From positions 2,440,382-2,504,381 of the forward strand of contig CBDCGU010000003.1 in assembly GCA_965216945.1 (NCBI GenBank): a stretch of 64,000 nt of DNA, given 5' to 3'. Below the pieces are notes generated by a model that was not told where the DNA came from, made no database searches, and saw nothing but the letters and a program-made list of their open reading frames with translations. The DNA comes from Acidimicrobiia bacterium (lineage in GTDB: Bacteria; Actinomycetota; Acidimicrobiia; Spongiisociales; UBA5794). Position 1 is the stretch's first letter; each line of letters begins with the position of its first letter. The position numbers and the translations under genes are program-made. This document shows, piece by piece, positions 22,276 through 30,899 of this stretch.

Positions 22276-22806
22276 GTGATGGATGTCGACCGTGCCGTCC
22301 CCGGCCTCCTCACCGGCACCATCCGGACACGCCGCGTCGGCCGCTGGAGGTTCCCCGTCGAGGAGCTGACCGCCGATGGCCGCACCGTGGCTCAGCTTGG
22401 CCGCAACGGCTCGATCCGCATCTTCTTCGGTCCGGGCCGCCGGGTGCGGCTGGAGGACGGCACGGAGTGGCGGATCAAGGCAGCTACGTCGTCACGGCAC
22501 ATCGTTCCTGTCATCCGCTCGTCGAAAGGGACCATTGCGATCTCGGGTCCGCTCCACGCCAAGCGGAGTTACGGCATCAACGGCAAGGACTTTGCCTACT
22601 ACCTCATCCCGCTCGACCGCTCGGGGCTGCGACGGCCCGGCCAATGGGCGTTGCGGAGGCACGAGACCGAGGTCGCCCTCATCCATGATCGGTCCCACAC
22701 CGTCGAGGCGGTGGAGCCCGTGCCGCTGGCGGCGATCCTCATGGCCTTCACGCTGATGACGCACGGCATCCCCGGGGAGGCGAACATGACGCCGCGCCGC
22801 GACTGA
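22276..22806 (+). CDS. Hypothetical protein
   Basis: 176-aa ORF followed by a hairpin. No family recognised; a scramblase/LURP-like fold is possible. Confidence 0.5.
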   Translation: MMDVDRAVPGLLTGTIRTRRVGRWRFPVEELTADGRTVAQLGRNGSIRIFFGPGRRVRLEDGTEWRIKAATSSRHIVPVIRSSKGTIAISGPLHAKRSYGINGKDFAYYLIPLDRSGLRRPGQWALRRHETEVALIHDRSHTVEAVEPVPLAAILMAFTLMTHGIPGEANMTPRRD

Positions 22807-22848
22807 TTGCCGGGCCCACAACCCGTCCCCAGCCCCAGCCGACCGAGT

Positions 22849-22866
22849 CCCCGCCTGTCGGCGGGG
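22849..22866 (+). terminator. Stem-loop CCCCGCC-tgtc-GGCGGGG followed by a T-containing tract
   Basis: Perfect 7-bp stem read directly, 43 nt after the stop at 22806, followed by cctctattctcc. Confidence 0.45.
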
Positions 22867-22885
22867 CCTCTATTCTCCGGCGGAG

Positions 22886-23737
22886 ATGTCGGTCCCCGTT
22901 TCGTTCCTCTCTGATTTCGGTCGCGTCGACGAGTTCGTCGGCGTCGTACATGGCGTGATCGCCCGTATTGCTCCCGATGTGCGTGTGATCGACATTGGTC
23001 ACGATTTCCCCCGAGGTGACGTGCGGGCTGGGGCGCTGGCTCTGCTGCGGGCCGTGCAATACATGCCCGAGGGCGTTGCGCTTGCGGTGGTCGACCCGGG
23101 TGTCGGCACGTCGAGGAGGGCGATCTGTGCGCGCACCCCGTGGGGCCACTTCATCGGTCCCGACAACGGGCTGATTGCGCCGGCGGTTGCGATGGTTGGA
23201 GGCGCCGACCGGATCGTCTCGATCGAGAATCCCGAGCTGCAACTGCCCGCCGAGGGGGCCACCTTCCACGGACGCGACCTCTTCGGCCCCGCTGCGGCAG
23301 TGATTGCATCGCGCCAGGCGACGATCGACGAGCTCGGCCCCGTGGTGGAAGCCGGCGGTGTCACGCCGCTCATGATCCCGCTCGTCGAGCACCGCGACGG
23401 TGCTGCGGTTGGCGAGGTGCTCTGGATCGACCACTTCGGCAATGCACAGACCAATGTGACACCCGCGGACCTGCAGATGCTCGGTGTGGCGGAAGGCGAC
23501 GATCTGGTGCTACGAATCGGTGCGTCCGAGCACCGGTTGCGCTGGGTGGGCGTCTACGGGGACGTCGAGCCGGGGGAGGGACTCATCCACGTCGACTCGT
23601 ATGGCCAGGTGGCCCTGGCGGTGCGTGGTGGCAGGGCGGACGAGGCGTTTCCGATCGCAGCCAACGTGGCACTCACTCTGTATCGCCCGTCGGGCGGCAA
23701 CCGCATCGAGATTCATGGCGTGAATCCGGAGGTCTGA
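22886..23737 (+). CDS. SAM hydroxide adenosyltransferase (DUF62, chlorinase/fluorinase family)
   Basis: SFLSDFGRVDEFVGVVHGVIARIAP...VVDPGVGT...GPDNGL...TFHGRDLFGPAAA matches the family signature. Confidence 0.85.
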   Translation: MSVPVSFLSDFGRVDEFVGVVHGVIARIAPDVRVIDIGHDFPRGDVRAGALALLRAVQYMPEGVALAVVDPGVGTSRRAICARTPWGHFIGPDNGLIAPAVAMVGGADRIVSIENPELQLPAEGATFHGRDLFGPAAAVIASRQATIDELGPVVEAGGVTPLMIPLVEHRDGAAVGEVLWIDHFGNAQTNVTPADLQMLGVAEGDDLVLRIGASEHRLRWVGVYGDVEPGEGLIHVDSYGQVALAVRGGRADEAFPIAANVALTLYRPSGGNRIEIHGVNPEV

Positions 23738-23826
23738 GCCTTGATGATGAAGGCAGCCAGGATGAGCACGAGGAGGCCCAGGATCACGGCTGCCGTGGTC
23801 GGTCGCATGCCGCGGACGATAGTGCT

Positions 23827-24096
23827 GTGAGCGCTGCACACGGCGGGCCGCGGGTCACCTGGTACACGAAGCCGAACTGCGGTCTGTGCGACGATGCTTG
23901 GCCCCACGTGGCCCGGTCCGCTCGTTTCCTCCGGATCGGGGTCGATCGTGTCGACGTGGCGGAGGATGCCGGGTTGCGATCACGTTACGGCAGGCGCCTC
24001 CCGGTGCTGGCGGTCGGCGACGCCGTGCTCGCAGAAGGCGTCATCAGTCGTGGCGAGGCGTGGCGGGCGATGCTGCGGCTGAGGTTCGGGCGGTAG
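23827..24096 (+). CDS. Glutaredoxin-like protein (DUF836-type)
   Basis: GTG 23827 lies in frame within ORF 23140..24096. The product has VTWYTKPNCGLCDDA (a CxxC motif) and ...RRLPVLAVGD. The start is uncertain. Confidence 0.55.
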   Translation: MSAAHGGPRVTWYTKPNCGLCDDAWPHVARSARFLRIGVDRVDVAEDAGLRSRYGRRLPVLAVGDAVLAEGVISRGEAWRAMLRLRFGR

Positions 24097-25030
24097 CGCC
24101 GGTCTCGGCTTGGGTGCGGATGCGCGCCTGCTCGCGGATGCGACGCTTGGAGCGTTTGTTGAGCCAAGCCACGAGACCGGCGAGACCGATGAACCCGAAG
24201 AAGATCGTGAGGCCGATGAGCCAGTCGTTGCCACCGGAGGCTCCCTGGAGCGCCTCCGCTCTCAGTGCGTCCTGCCAGGCCTTCTCGATTTCAGCCCAGC
24301 GCTGCGGATCCGGGTCGCTGAGAACCTCGACACCGTGCTGGTCGACCGCCCATTGCACCATGTCCGAGAGCGGGGATTCCTGGAACTGAGGGTTCCATGA
24401 GTACACCGGTGGTTGAGCGGCCCAGGCCCAGTCGGTGGCTTCGATGCCTTGGCCACTGGGATCACGGAAGAAGGCGCCTCCTCGCATCTGGCTGTGGTGG
24501 AGCTCGAGCTTGCCGGCCGCCCGCGCCAGATACCACTGGCCGATGACGGTGGCCAGGGGCTCCGGATAACCCGCTGCACCCTGGCGTGCGGCCACGTCCC
24601 ACAACACGGCGTAGGCGAGACCAAACGCATTGGTCTCCGCAAACAGCCGGCTGTCGAGTGTGTTGACGTAGACGGTGCCATCTTCGTTGAACACGGCTGC
24701 GTGGAGGAGCTGGCCCTCCGGTACGAGTCCGGTCGCATCGAGGCCGTCCTCCGTGCCGAACACACACAGGCTGAGCGGCGGCACGGATCCGAAGTCCTCC
24801 TCGAGGACCCGGGCCATCGCCCCCGCTTCGTCGGCGAGCCGGAGCCCGAGACCGTCGCCGACCGAGGGGGTGGCGGAGACGACGAGCAGGTCGGTCTGGC
24901 CGGTGGAACGCCACTCGACGTCGGGGTACCGATCTCCGCACCCGGCGTGGGCCGGTGCGGCCACGGCGATGCCGACGGCGAACAGAGCCGCAACGAGGGC
25001 GGCGATTGCGGAGAGAGTGCGATACGCCAC
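24044..25030 (-). CDS. Secreted protein with a C-terminal membrane anchor, function unknown
   Basis: Signal peptide ...AVAAPAHAGC, a C-terminal helix WLIGLTIFFGFIGLAGLVAWL, and a basic tail. Confidence 0.6.
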   Translation of the reverse strand: MAYRTLSAIAALVAALFAVGIAVAAPAHAGCGDRYPDVEWRSTGQTDLLVVSATPSVGDGLGLRLADEAGAMARVLEEDFGSVPPLSLCVFGTEDGLDATGLVPEGQLLHAAVFNEDGTVYVNTLDSRLFAETNAFGLAYAVLWDVAARQGAAGYPEPLATVIGQWYLARAAGKLELHHSQMRGGAFFRDPSGQGIEATDWAWAAQPPVYSWNPQFQESPLSDMVQWAVDQHGVEVLSDPDPQRWAEIEKAWQDALRAEALQGASGGNDWLIGLTIFFGFIGLAGLVAWLNKRSKRRIREQARIRTQAETGATARTSAAASPATPRHD

Positions 25031-25144
25031 GGCTCCATCGTATCGGGGGGCGGACCGGTTGTGGCCGAGGTCGGTCCTGCGGATAGGGCCGGACGGCCCG
25101 CTGTGCGGCGGAGGTCGTGCATTGTTTCACTAAATTGCTGTGAC

Positions 25145-25762
25145 GTGAGACCATCCATCCCGCCCGCCACCGTGTCGCGGCTCCCGATCTATCTGCGGAC
25201 GCTTGCCGATCTTCCGGCATCCCAGGCCACGTGCTCATCGGAGCAGATGGCGTCGCTCGCAGGCGTGAACTCGGCCCAGGTGCGCAAAGACTTGTCGTTT
25301 CTGGGATCACATGGGACTCGCGGGGTCGGCTACGGCATCGCCGAACTGCGCGATCAGCTACGGCGTGCGCTGGGTCTGACGACCGAATACGCCGTCATGA
25401 TCGTGGGCGCAGGGAATTTGGGCAGCGCGCTGAGCAACTATGGCGGCTTTGGAACGTGGGGCTTCGAGGTCGTGGCGATTGTGGACGCCGACCCGGCGAA
25501 GATCGGCACCACCGTTGCCGGCATCCCAGTCGAACCCATCGACACCCTGGAGCAGATCGTTGCGCAGCGCGCCGTGCAGATCGCCATCATCGCCACCCCG
25601 TCCCGTGCCGCCCAGGAGGTCGCCAACCGGGTGATCGGGTCGGGAGTGCGCTCGATCCTCAACTTCGCACCGGCGGTGCTGGACGTGCCCGAGGGCGTCA
25701 AGGTTCGTCGGGTCGATCTGTCCACCGAGCTGCAGATCCTCACCTACCACCTGCAGCATTAG
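25145..25762 (+). CDS. rex: Redox-sensing transcriptional repressor Rex
   Basis: GTG 25145 within ORF 24413..25762. The product has TVSRLPIYLRTL, SSEQMASLAGVNSAQVRKDLSFLG, the Rossmann motif IVGAGNLGSAL, and ILNFAP. Confidence 0.85.
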   Translation: MRPSIPPATVSRLPIYLRTLADLPASQATCSSEQMASLAGVNSAQVRKDLSFLGSHGTRGVGYGIAELRDQLRRALGLTTEYAVMIVGAGNLGSALSNYGGFGTWGFEVVAIVDADPAKIGTTVAGIPVEPIDTLEQIVAQRAVQIAIIATPSRAAQEVANRVIGSGVRSILNFAPAVLDVPEGVKVRRVDLSTELQILTYHLQH

Positions 25763-25877
25763 CCGGGCCACCTGTGGCACGAGGGCCGGCATGGACGGCG
25801 GGCGTGGCGGACGGGCGATGCGAGGTCGACACGGGCTGTGATCGATGCCCGGTCGCCGGTACCCGGTCCGGCTCCGC

Positions 25878-26393
25878 TCAGGCTGCGGCGTCTTCTCGCT
25901 CGTAGCGGTCGAGGGCGACGACGAACATCACGAAGAGCACGAAGGACGCCAAGGTGACTGCGATCGCCGGTATCCGAATCTGGAAGGCGTTGAGCCCTTC
26001 CGTGTTCGCCGGACGCAGACCACGCGGTGCGTAGATCACGAAGAGCATGCTGCCGACCACCATCCAGCCGAAGGTGGCGGCGCCGGTGACGAGGAAGCCG
26101 AGGCGGGCACCCAGGTTGGTGTACAACAGGAGGTATCCCGTGCCGATGAAAGAGACGATGGCGACCACCGTGATCAGAATGCCGCGTGCTGCGATGGAGA
26201 AGTCCGAAGTCTCCCCCGTTGTGCCGTCGACTTGCTTGAAGACCGCGTCGTAGGCGTCGCCGAGCCAGGCCCGGAGCTGGGGGACGAACGCAAGGACGGA
26301 GATCACGATGGCGATGACGCCGATCCACTCCAGAGCCGACAGGCCACGCTCGTCGTGATGCAAACGCAAGGCGATCGGGTCGGTGTGCTTCAT
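25878..26393 (-). CDS. Polytopic membrane protein, last gene of the b6-type operon
   Basis: 171 aa from ATG 26393, which overlaps the cytochrome c stop. Four hydrophobic helices. The N-terminus ERGLSALEWIGVIAIVISVL resembles Flp/DUF4244 prepilin-like leaders. Confidence 0.6.
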   Translation of the reverse strand: MKHTDPIALRLHHDERGLSALEWIGVIAIVISVLAFVPQLRAWLGDAYDAVFKQVDGTTGETSDFSIAARGILITVVAIVSFIGTGYLLLYTNLGARLGFLVTGAATFGWMVVGSMLFVIYAPRGLRPANTEGLNAFQIRIPAIAVTLASFVLFVMFVVALDRYEREDAAA

Positions 26394-28051
26394 CACAGTG
26401 ACCTCTCGTAGGCGACGATGAGGGCGATGTCCTCGGCGCTGAGGATCTGTCCGAATCCGGGCATCCGTCCCGAGCCCAAGCCGTTGATGCCGTAGCTCTC
26501 GTTGTCGACGGTCCCGCGGATGACGAACTGGATCTGGTCCTCCACGTCGGGGAACTGGATGAGGGAGCGGCCGTCGAGCAGTGACGGTCCCCACGCACCG
26601 CTGCCGGCGCCCTGCTCGAAGGCAACTCCGGCCTGGTAGCCGCCGGTGTGGCAGCGGGCGCAGTATCCGTTGAACAGTCCGACCGCCCGCTCGGCCTCGC
26701 CGGTCGACAGCCCGGTTGCGGCAGCGACCTCGGCGAAGTCGACCTCCCACAACCGCTGCTCGGCGGACTCCTCCAAGAACGCCAGTCCGCTCTCGACCCT
26801 GTCGAGGAACACGTCCTGACGGTCGGTGATGACCCCGAGCGTGAGGTGCGCAGTGTCGAGATCCAGCAGGAAGGCCTCGGTTCGGGCCAGATCCTGGACC
26901 GGTGCTCCGGTGAGATCCGTTCCCGTGAACGCATTGTCGGGATCGAGTTCCAGCCCGTAGAGGTTGGTGAACGCCGGGTCCTGGATCATCTCGACTTCGG
27001 CGATGCGGTTGCCATCGTCGTCCAGCACGGGCGCTCCTTCGGCATCGACCCGATCGGTCACCTGGCGCACCATCACCGTGCTGTCGATGATTCCGCCGAT
27101 CTCGGTGAGGCGGCGTTCCACGTCGTCGGTCAGACCGTCGCGATCGGTGTCGGTGCCTGCTTCGCCGCAGCTCGATCCGACCGCAGACGCGGATGCCGGC
27201 GTGCACGTTCCGTCGCCGGCCATGAGGAACCGGATCTCGCCGGGGAAGTCTTCGATCACGGCAAACTGGGCCGGCGCCTCCTCGACATCCTCGACCGCAG
27301 CCTGCTGCTCGACGATCTGCCGGGCCACGGTGGCCTCTCCACCTGCGATGCGGGCGAGGGCGTCGGCGACGATGCCCTCGACCTCGTCCAGGGCCTGGCC
27401 CTGCGGGATCTGGATCGTCTCCAGGTATGCCATCACCTGATCGACTTCCTGCAACGTCATGGCACCGCCACCTTCGAGCCCGTTGGCGGGCATCGGCGTG
27501 CCGGCGCGTCCGAACTCGATCCAGTGCCTCACTTCGTCCTCGTCGAAGCGGAGGAACACGTCGTTGATCGACGGAGCGGTCCAGGCGACGTCGAGGCCGC
27601 TGCGTGCTTCGACGAACGGCGCAGCACCGCCACCGCCTTCAGGTCCGTGACAGTTGATGCACGAGAACGTGCTGTACCAGTGCTCGCCTTCCTCCACATC
27701 CTTCTCGTGGATCTTCTCGGCGGCGGCGATCTGGCGGTCGCCCTCGTTGATGAAGTAGACGGGCAGTGCCACTGCCAGCACTGCGGCCGAGACCACGGCG
27801 ACGTTGAGCACGCGTGTGATCCGATTCGTCTCGAGCTCGTCGTCCGACAGGTACGGCTGGAGGTTTTGCGGGGTCTCCTCGGCCAGGCGCGCCCGGCGCC
27901 GGCTGTTGATGAACAGGTAGCCGACCCACGCCAGGAAAGCCGCCGCCGCAAGCGTGAGTACGACCGATCCAACGCCCACGTTGGACGGTTCGACCGGTCC
28001 GTCCTCTGCGGCAACGGCCAGGAACGGCCGCAGAAGCTCGGTCACACGCAC
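26393..28051 (-). CDS. Membrane-anchored dihaem cytochrome c with a long inter-domain insert
   Basis: Two CxxCH motifs: CINCH at aa 131-135 and CARCH at aa 464-468. Two N-terminal helices. C-terminal GRMPGFG...IALIVAYERS. The GTG start overlaps the Rieske gene stop by 10 nt. Confidence 0.85.
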   Translation of the reverse strand: MRVTELLRPFLAVAAEDGPVEPSNVGVGSVVLTLAAAAFLAWVGYLFINSRRRARLAEETPQNLQPYLSDDELETNRITRVLNVAVVSAAVLAVALPVYFINEGDRQIAAAEKIHEKDVEEGEHWYSTFSCINCHGPEGGGGAAPFVEARSGLDVAWTAPSINDVFLRFDEDEVRHWIEFGRAGTPMPANGLEGGGAMTLQEVDQVMAYLETIQIPQGQALDEVEGIVADALARIAGGEATVARQIVEQQAAVEDVEEAPAQFAVIEDFPGEIRFLMAGDGTCTPASASAVGSSCGEAGTDTDRDGLTDDVERRLTEIGGIIDSTVMVRQVTDRVDAEGAPVLDDDGNRIAEVEMIQDPAFTNLYGLELDPDNAFTGTDLTGAPVQDLARTEAFLLDLDTAHLTLGVITDRQDVFLDRVESGLAFLEESAEQRLWEVDFAEVAAATGLSTGEAERAVGLFNGYCARCHTGGYQAGVAFEQGAGSGAWGPSLLDGRSLIQFPDVEDQIQFVIRGTVDNESYGINGLGSGRMPGFGQILSAEDIALIVAYERSL

Positions 28052-28908
28052 GACGGTCCCTGCGGGTAGGGAATCGTCTTGACCTTGGCCCGCGCCGTCT
28101 GCCTCACTTCTCCCGTCAGAACGATCAGCGAGCCCGAGTCGTCGACTTCGACGGCGAAGCGGTCCATGTTGCGGGGTGCCGGGCCCGACTCGTACTCACC
28201 GTGGAAGTTGTAGCGGGAGCCGTGGCACGGGCATTCGAATCCTTGCGACGGCACGCACGATGGGACACGACAGCCGAGGTGGACACATCGCTGCCACAGC
28301 GCCATGAGCCCCGGTTCGCCCCCCTCGGCCCCGGCCACGACATCGAGACCCTCGAACGAGCTCCCGGCGAGATCGCTCTCTGGGAAGGGGACGATCCAAC
28401 TCTGCGCCGCGGCGACGAACTTGGGGACGATCGACCCGTCGCTCTGCAGGATCTCGGCGCGCAACTCGTTGAGGGTGCCGACATTGATGGGCGTCCCGAA
28501 TCCGCCCTTGAGCTTCGGCCACATGAAGGCGAGACCGGCGATGGCGAACTGACCGAGGAAGATGCCGAAGAAGGCGAGCAGGGATCGGTTGAAGAACTTG
28601 CGCCGCTCGACTCCCATCTCCGCCGCGGTGAGCTCCTCTCGCTGCTCGAGCGGATCGACGGGCGGTGGTCCCGGCTCGGCGTGCTCGGCGGTCTCAGGTG
28701 GCGCCAGCAGGGCGACCGAGGACTCGGTGCCGCTCGCGGCGCGCACCTCGCGACCTTGCAGGTCGGCGCGCCTGGCGCGCTTGTCGAACTCGCCGGTGAT
28801 GGTGTCTTCTCCGCCGTCGCCCCGCCGGTACGCGATCGTCATCACGCTGATCGTCACCAGCAGCCCTGCGGCTGCCAGTCCGATGATGAAAGCTGCTGTA
28901 GCGCTCAT
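28042..28908 (-). CDS. Rieske [2Fe-2S] subunit
   Basis: CVHLGC and CPCHGS cluster boxes, an N-terminal helix, and an internal Tat-like ERRKFFNRSLLAF ahead of a second helix. Confidence 0.9.
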   Translation of the reverse strand: MSATAAFIIGLAAAGLLVTISVMTIAYRRGDGGEDTITGEFDKRARRADLQGREVRAASGTESSVALLAPPETAEHAEPGPPPVDPLEQREELTAAEMGVERRKFFNRSLLAFFGIFLGQFAIAGLAFMWPKLKGGFGTPINVGTLNELRAEILQSDGSIVPKFVAAAQSWIVPFPESDLAGSSFEGLDVVAGAEGGEPGLMALWQRCVHLGCRVPSCVPSQGFECPCHGSRYNFHGEYESGPAPRNMDRFAVEVDDSGSLIVLTGEVRQTARAKVKTIPYPQGPSCV

Positions 28909-28918
28909 GAGTCACCCA

Positions 28919-30037
28919 TCAGAAGTCGAAGAAGATGCCGTCTGCCCACGGGTATGTGAAGTTGAACCCCGGGCCGCGGAAGAATGAGCCATAGATCGTC
29001 AGGATCGCGGCAGAGAACAGGAAGAAGCTGAAGATCATGATCGCCAGCTTGCGGTCAGACGGTCGCACCGACGGGTTGCGGTCGATATAGGGGATCACGG
29101 CGAGGCCACCGAGCCCGAAGCCAGGTATGAGCACGCCGGCGACCTGGGGATCGAAGTAGGACAGCAGCTCCTGCAGCCCGAGGAAGTACCACGGCGCCTT
29201 CGACGGATTGGGCTGCTCATTGAAGTTGGCGAACTCGAGCAGCGGAGCGTCGACGAACACGGAGAAGACGAACAACGCTGCGGTGCAGATCATCAAGGCC
29301 ACGAACTCGATGGCCACCAGATGCGGCCACGTGTTGACCTTGTCGGTGGGTTCGGCCTTGACCTGCTGGATCGCACCGGCCTTGACGACGGTCAGCAGGC
29401 GCTGGGTGCGCACCCCCTCGGGGATGGTGGGTGCGGCAGCGGGGGCCGCGGCGGCGCCGGCGGCGGTCGCCACAGTCGCCGGAACGGGTGCAGGGGTCGC
29501 TTCGCCGGCGAATTGCGGCGCTGGTGTGCCATCCCACTTGGCACGTGCGAGGGCGGCGCGGCGCAGCAAGTCGGTGGGAACACCGTATTCGGCGGATTCG
29601 GCAGCGAGATCCCGCACGGGGCCACCCCCGGCTGCGGGGGCTGCGGCCGGTGCGGCCGGCTGCGCCTGCGGTGCGGCTGCGGCGGCGGGCTCTGCGGTGG
29701 CTGCGGCGGGCGGTACAGCGGCGCCGGTCATCTCGGCGAGCATCGCTTCGACGCTGACACCCTTGGCCTTCGCCTTGGCTTCCACCGATCGCCGGAAGAG
29801 CGACTCCGGGATACCTGCAGCCTCGGCGGCTGCCGCCATGTCGGGCGGCCCCGCAGCAGTGGCAGGTGGAGCGGCCTCCGCTTCTGCCACGGGCGCGGGG
29901 GCTGCGGGTTCGGGGGCTGCAGGCGCGGGCGGTTCCTCGCCCTTCATCTCGGCGAGTACTTCCTCGACCGTGCGCCCCTCTGCCTTGGCTCTCGCCTCGG
30001 CGGAGCGCCGGAGGATATGTTCGGGAATCTCAGCCAC
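28919..30037 (-). CDS. Cytochrome b6f subunit-IV-like protein (cytochrome b C-terminal part) with a ~235-aa repeat-containing N-terminal extension
   Basis: GTG 30037 lies 5 nt after AAGGAG, which overlaps the b6 TAA. The C-terminal core TWPHLVAIEF...NPSKAPWYFLGLQELL... parallels PetD AWPNDLLY...PEWYFFPVFQILR, recalled from memory. Confidence 0.8.
   Translation of the reverse strand: MAEIPEHILRRSAEARAKAEGRTVEEVLAEMKGEEPPAPAAPEPAAPAPVAEAEAAPPATAAGPPDMAAAAEAAGIPESLFRRSVEAKAKAKGVSVEAMLAEMTGAAVPPAAATAEPAAAAAPQAQPAAPAAAPAAGGGPVRDLAAESAEYGVPTDLLRRAALARAKWDGTPAPQFAGEATPAPVPATVATAAGAAAAPAAAPTIPEGVRTQRLLTVVKAGAIQQVKAEPTDKVNTWPHLVAIEFVALMICTAALFVFSVFVDAPLLEFANFNEQPNPSKAPWYFLGLQELLSYFDPQVAGVLIPGFGLGGLAVIPYIDRNPSVRPSDRKLAIMIFSFFLFSAAILTIYGSFFRGPGFNFTYPWADGIFFDF
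29522..30037 (-). repeat. Three copies of a ~30-aa helical module separated by Ala/Pro-rich linkers (coding repeat)
   Basis: IPEHILRRSAEARAKAEGRTVEEVLAEM / IPESLFRRSVEAKAKAKGVSVEAMLAEM / VPTDLLRRAALARAKWDG read in the translation. Confidence 0.85.
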
Positions 30038-30045
30038 AGCGCTCC

Positions 30046-30828
30046 TTACAGCGGACCGGAGATGCCGCCGTCCTTGCGCACCCGCCAGAAGTGCACCGCC
30101 ATGAAGATGACGATGACGAACGGCAGGAACAGGACATGGAGAACGTACCAGCGCAGCAGCGTGTCGGGTGTGATCTGTACGCCGCCGATCAACGCAAATG
30201 ACACTTGGTCGCCGATGACAGGGCTGTAGGCCGCCATGTTGGAACCGACGGTGACCGCCCACAACGCCAGCTGGTCCCACGGCAAGAGGTAGCCGGTGAA
30301 GGACAGAAGCAGCGTGAGCAGCAGGAGGATGACGCCGACGACCCAGTTGAACTCCCGGGGTGGTTTGTATGCGCCGTGATAGAACACACGTGCCATGTGG
30401 AGGAACACCGTGAGCACCATGGCGTGGGCACCCCAGCGGTGCATGTTGCGAACGAGCTGGCCGAACGCCACGTCGGTGGCCAGCGCCTGGATGTCTTGGA
30501 AGGCCTGCGGCGACGTGGGTCGGTAGTAGAACATCAGGAAGATGCCGGTGATCGTCAGCAAGATGAAGAGGAAGAAGCTGAGGCCACCGAGACACAAGGT
30601 GTAGGAGAGCCGAACCCCGTGCCGCTTCACCTTCACCGGGTGCAGGTGATAGAGCACGTTGTTCATGATCACGTAGGAGCGGTTGCGGGGGCTGTCCGAG
30701 TACCCGTGCCTGAACGGGGACCCGGGACGGAAGATGCTGGACCACGCCTGGCTGGAGCGGATGTGATCGCCCACCTCGGCGAGGCGATCCTTCAGCCCGA
30801 CCCGGCCGTTGCCATCTCCGTTCGCCAC
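30046..30828 (-). CDS. Cytochrome b6 (split cytochrome b, N-terminal four-helix part)
   Basis: Both His pairs are present with the right spacing ([21 protein letters not shown]; [19 protein letters not shown]). Also YLLPWDQ, a C-terminal [10 protein letters not shown] as in plastid b6, and YTLCLGG containing the haem ci cysteine. Confidence 0.9.
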   Translation of the reverse strand: MANGDGNGRVGLKDRLAEVGDHIRSSQAWSSIFRPGSPFRHGYSDSPRNRSYVIMNNVLYHLHPVKVKRHGVRLSYTLCLGGLSFFLFILLTITGIFLMFYYRPTSPQAFQDIQALATDVAFGQLVRNMHRWGAHAMVLTVFLHMARVFYHGAYKPPREFNWVVGVILLLLTLLLSFTGYLLPWDQLALWAVTVGSNMAAYSPVIGDQVSFALIGGVQITPDTLLRWYVLHVLFLPFVIVIFMAVHFWRVRKDGGISGPL

Positions 30829-30899
30829 CTCTGCTCCCTCGTGTGCTTCTTCGGCGCCGGCAGTTTCACCGACAGGCGCCGCTGGTCAAAATCCCGCTC

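Noticed and set aside
23713-23808. 31-codon minus-strand ORF MRPTTAAVILGLLVLILAAFIIKAQTSGFTP with good GC3
   Set aside because: It has no ribosome-binding site. It overlaps the end of the SAM hydroxide adenosyltransferase gene, and its start lies 18 bp from the start of the glutaredoxin-like gene, which leaves no room for a promoter. The evidence is insufficient.
24413-25144. N-terminal 244 aa of the 449-aa ORF containing Rex
   Set aside because: It is antisense to the 24044..25030 secreted-protein gene. The Rex family starts at the winged-helix SRLPIYLR region, so GTG 25145 was chosen.
25118-25146. AT-rich cattgtttcactaaattgctgtgacg just upstream of rex, considered as a Rex autoregulatory operator
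   Set aside because: The half-sites TTTCAC and GTGAC are everted and wrongly spaced relative to TTGTGAA-N4-TTCACAA. It may simply be the promoter.
29400-29950. Highly repetitive GC-rich DNA (gcggc/ggcgg runs), considered as a tandem repeat or CRISPR-like array
   Set aside because: It has no regular repeat-spacer periodicity. It encodes the Ala/Pro linkers of the subunit-IV-like protein in the minus-strand frame.
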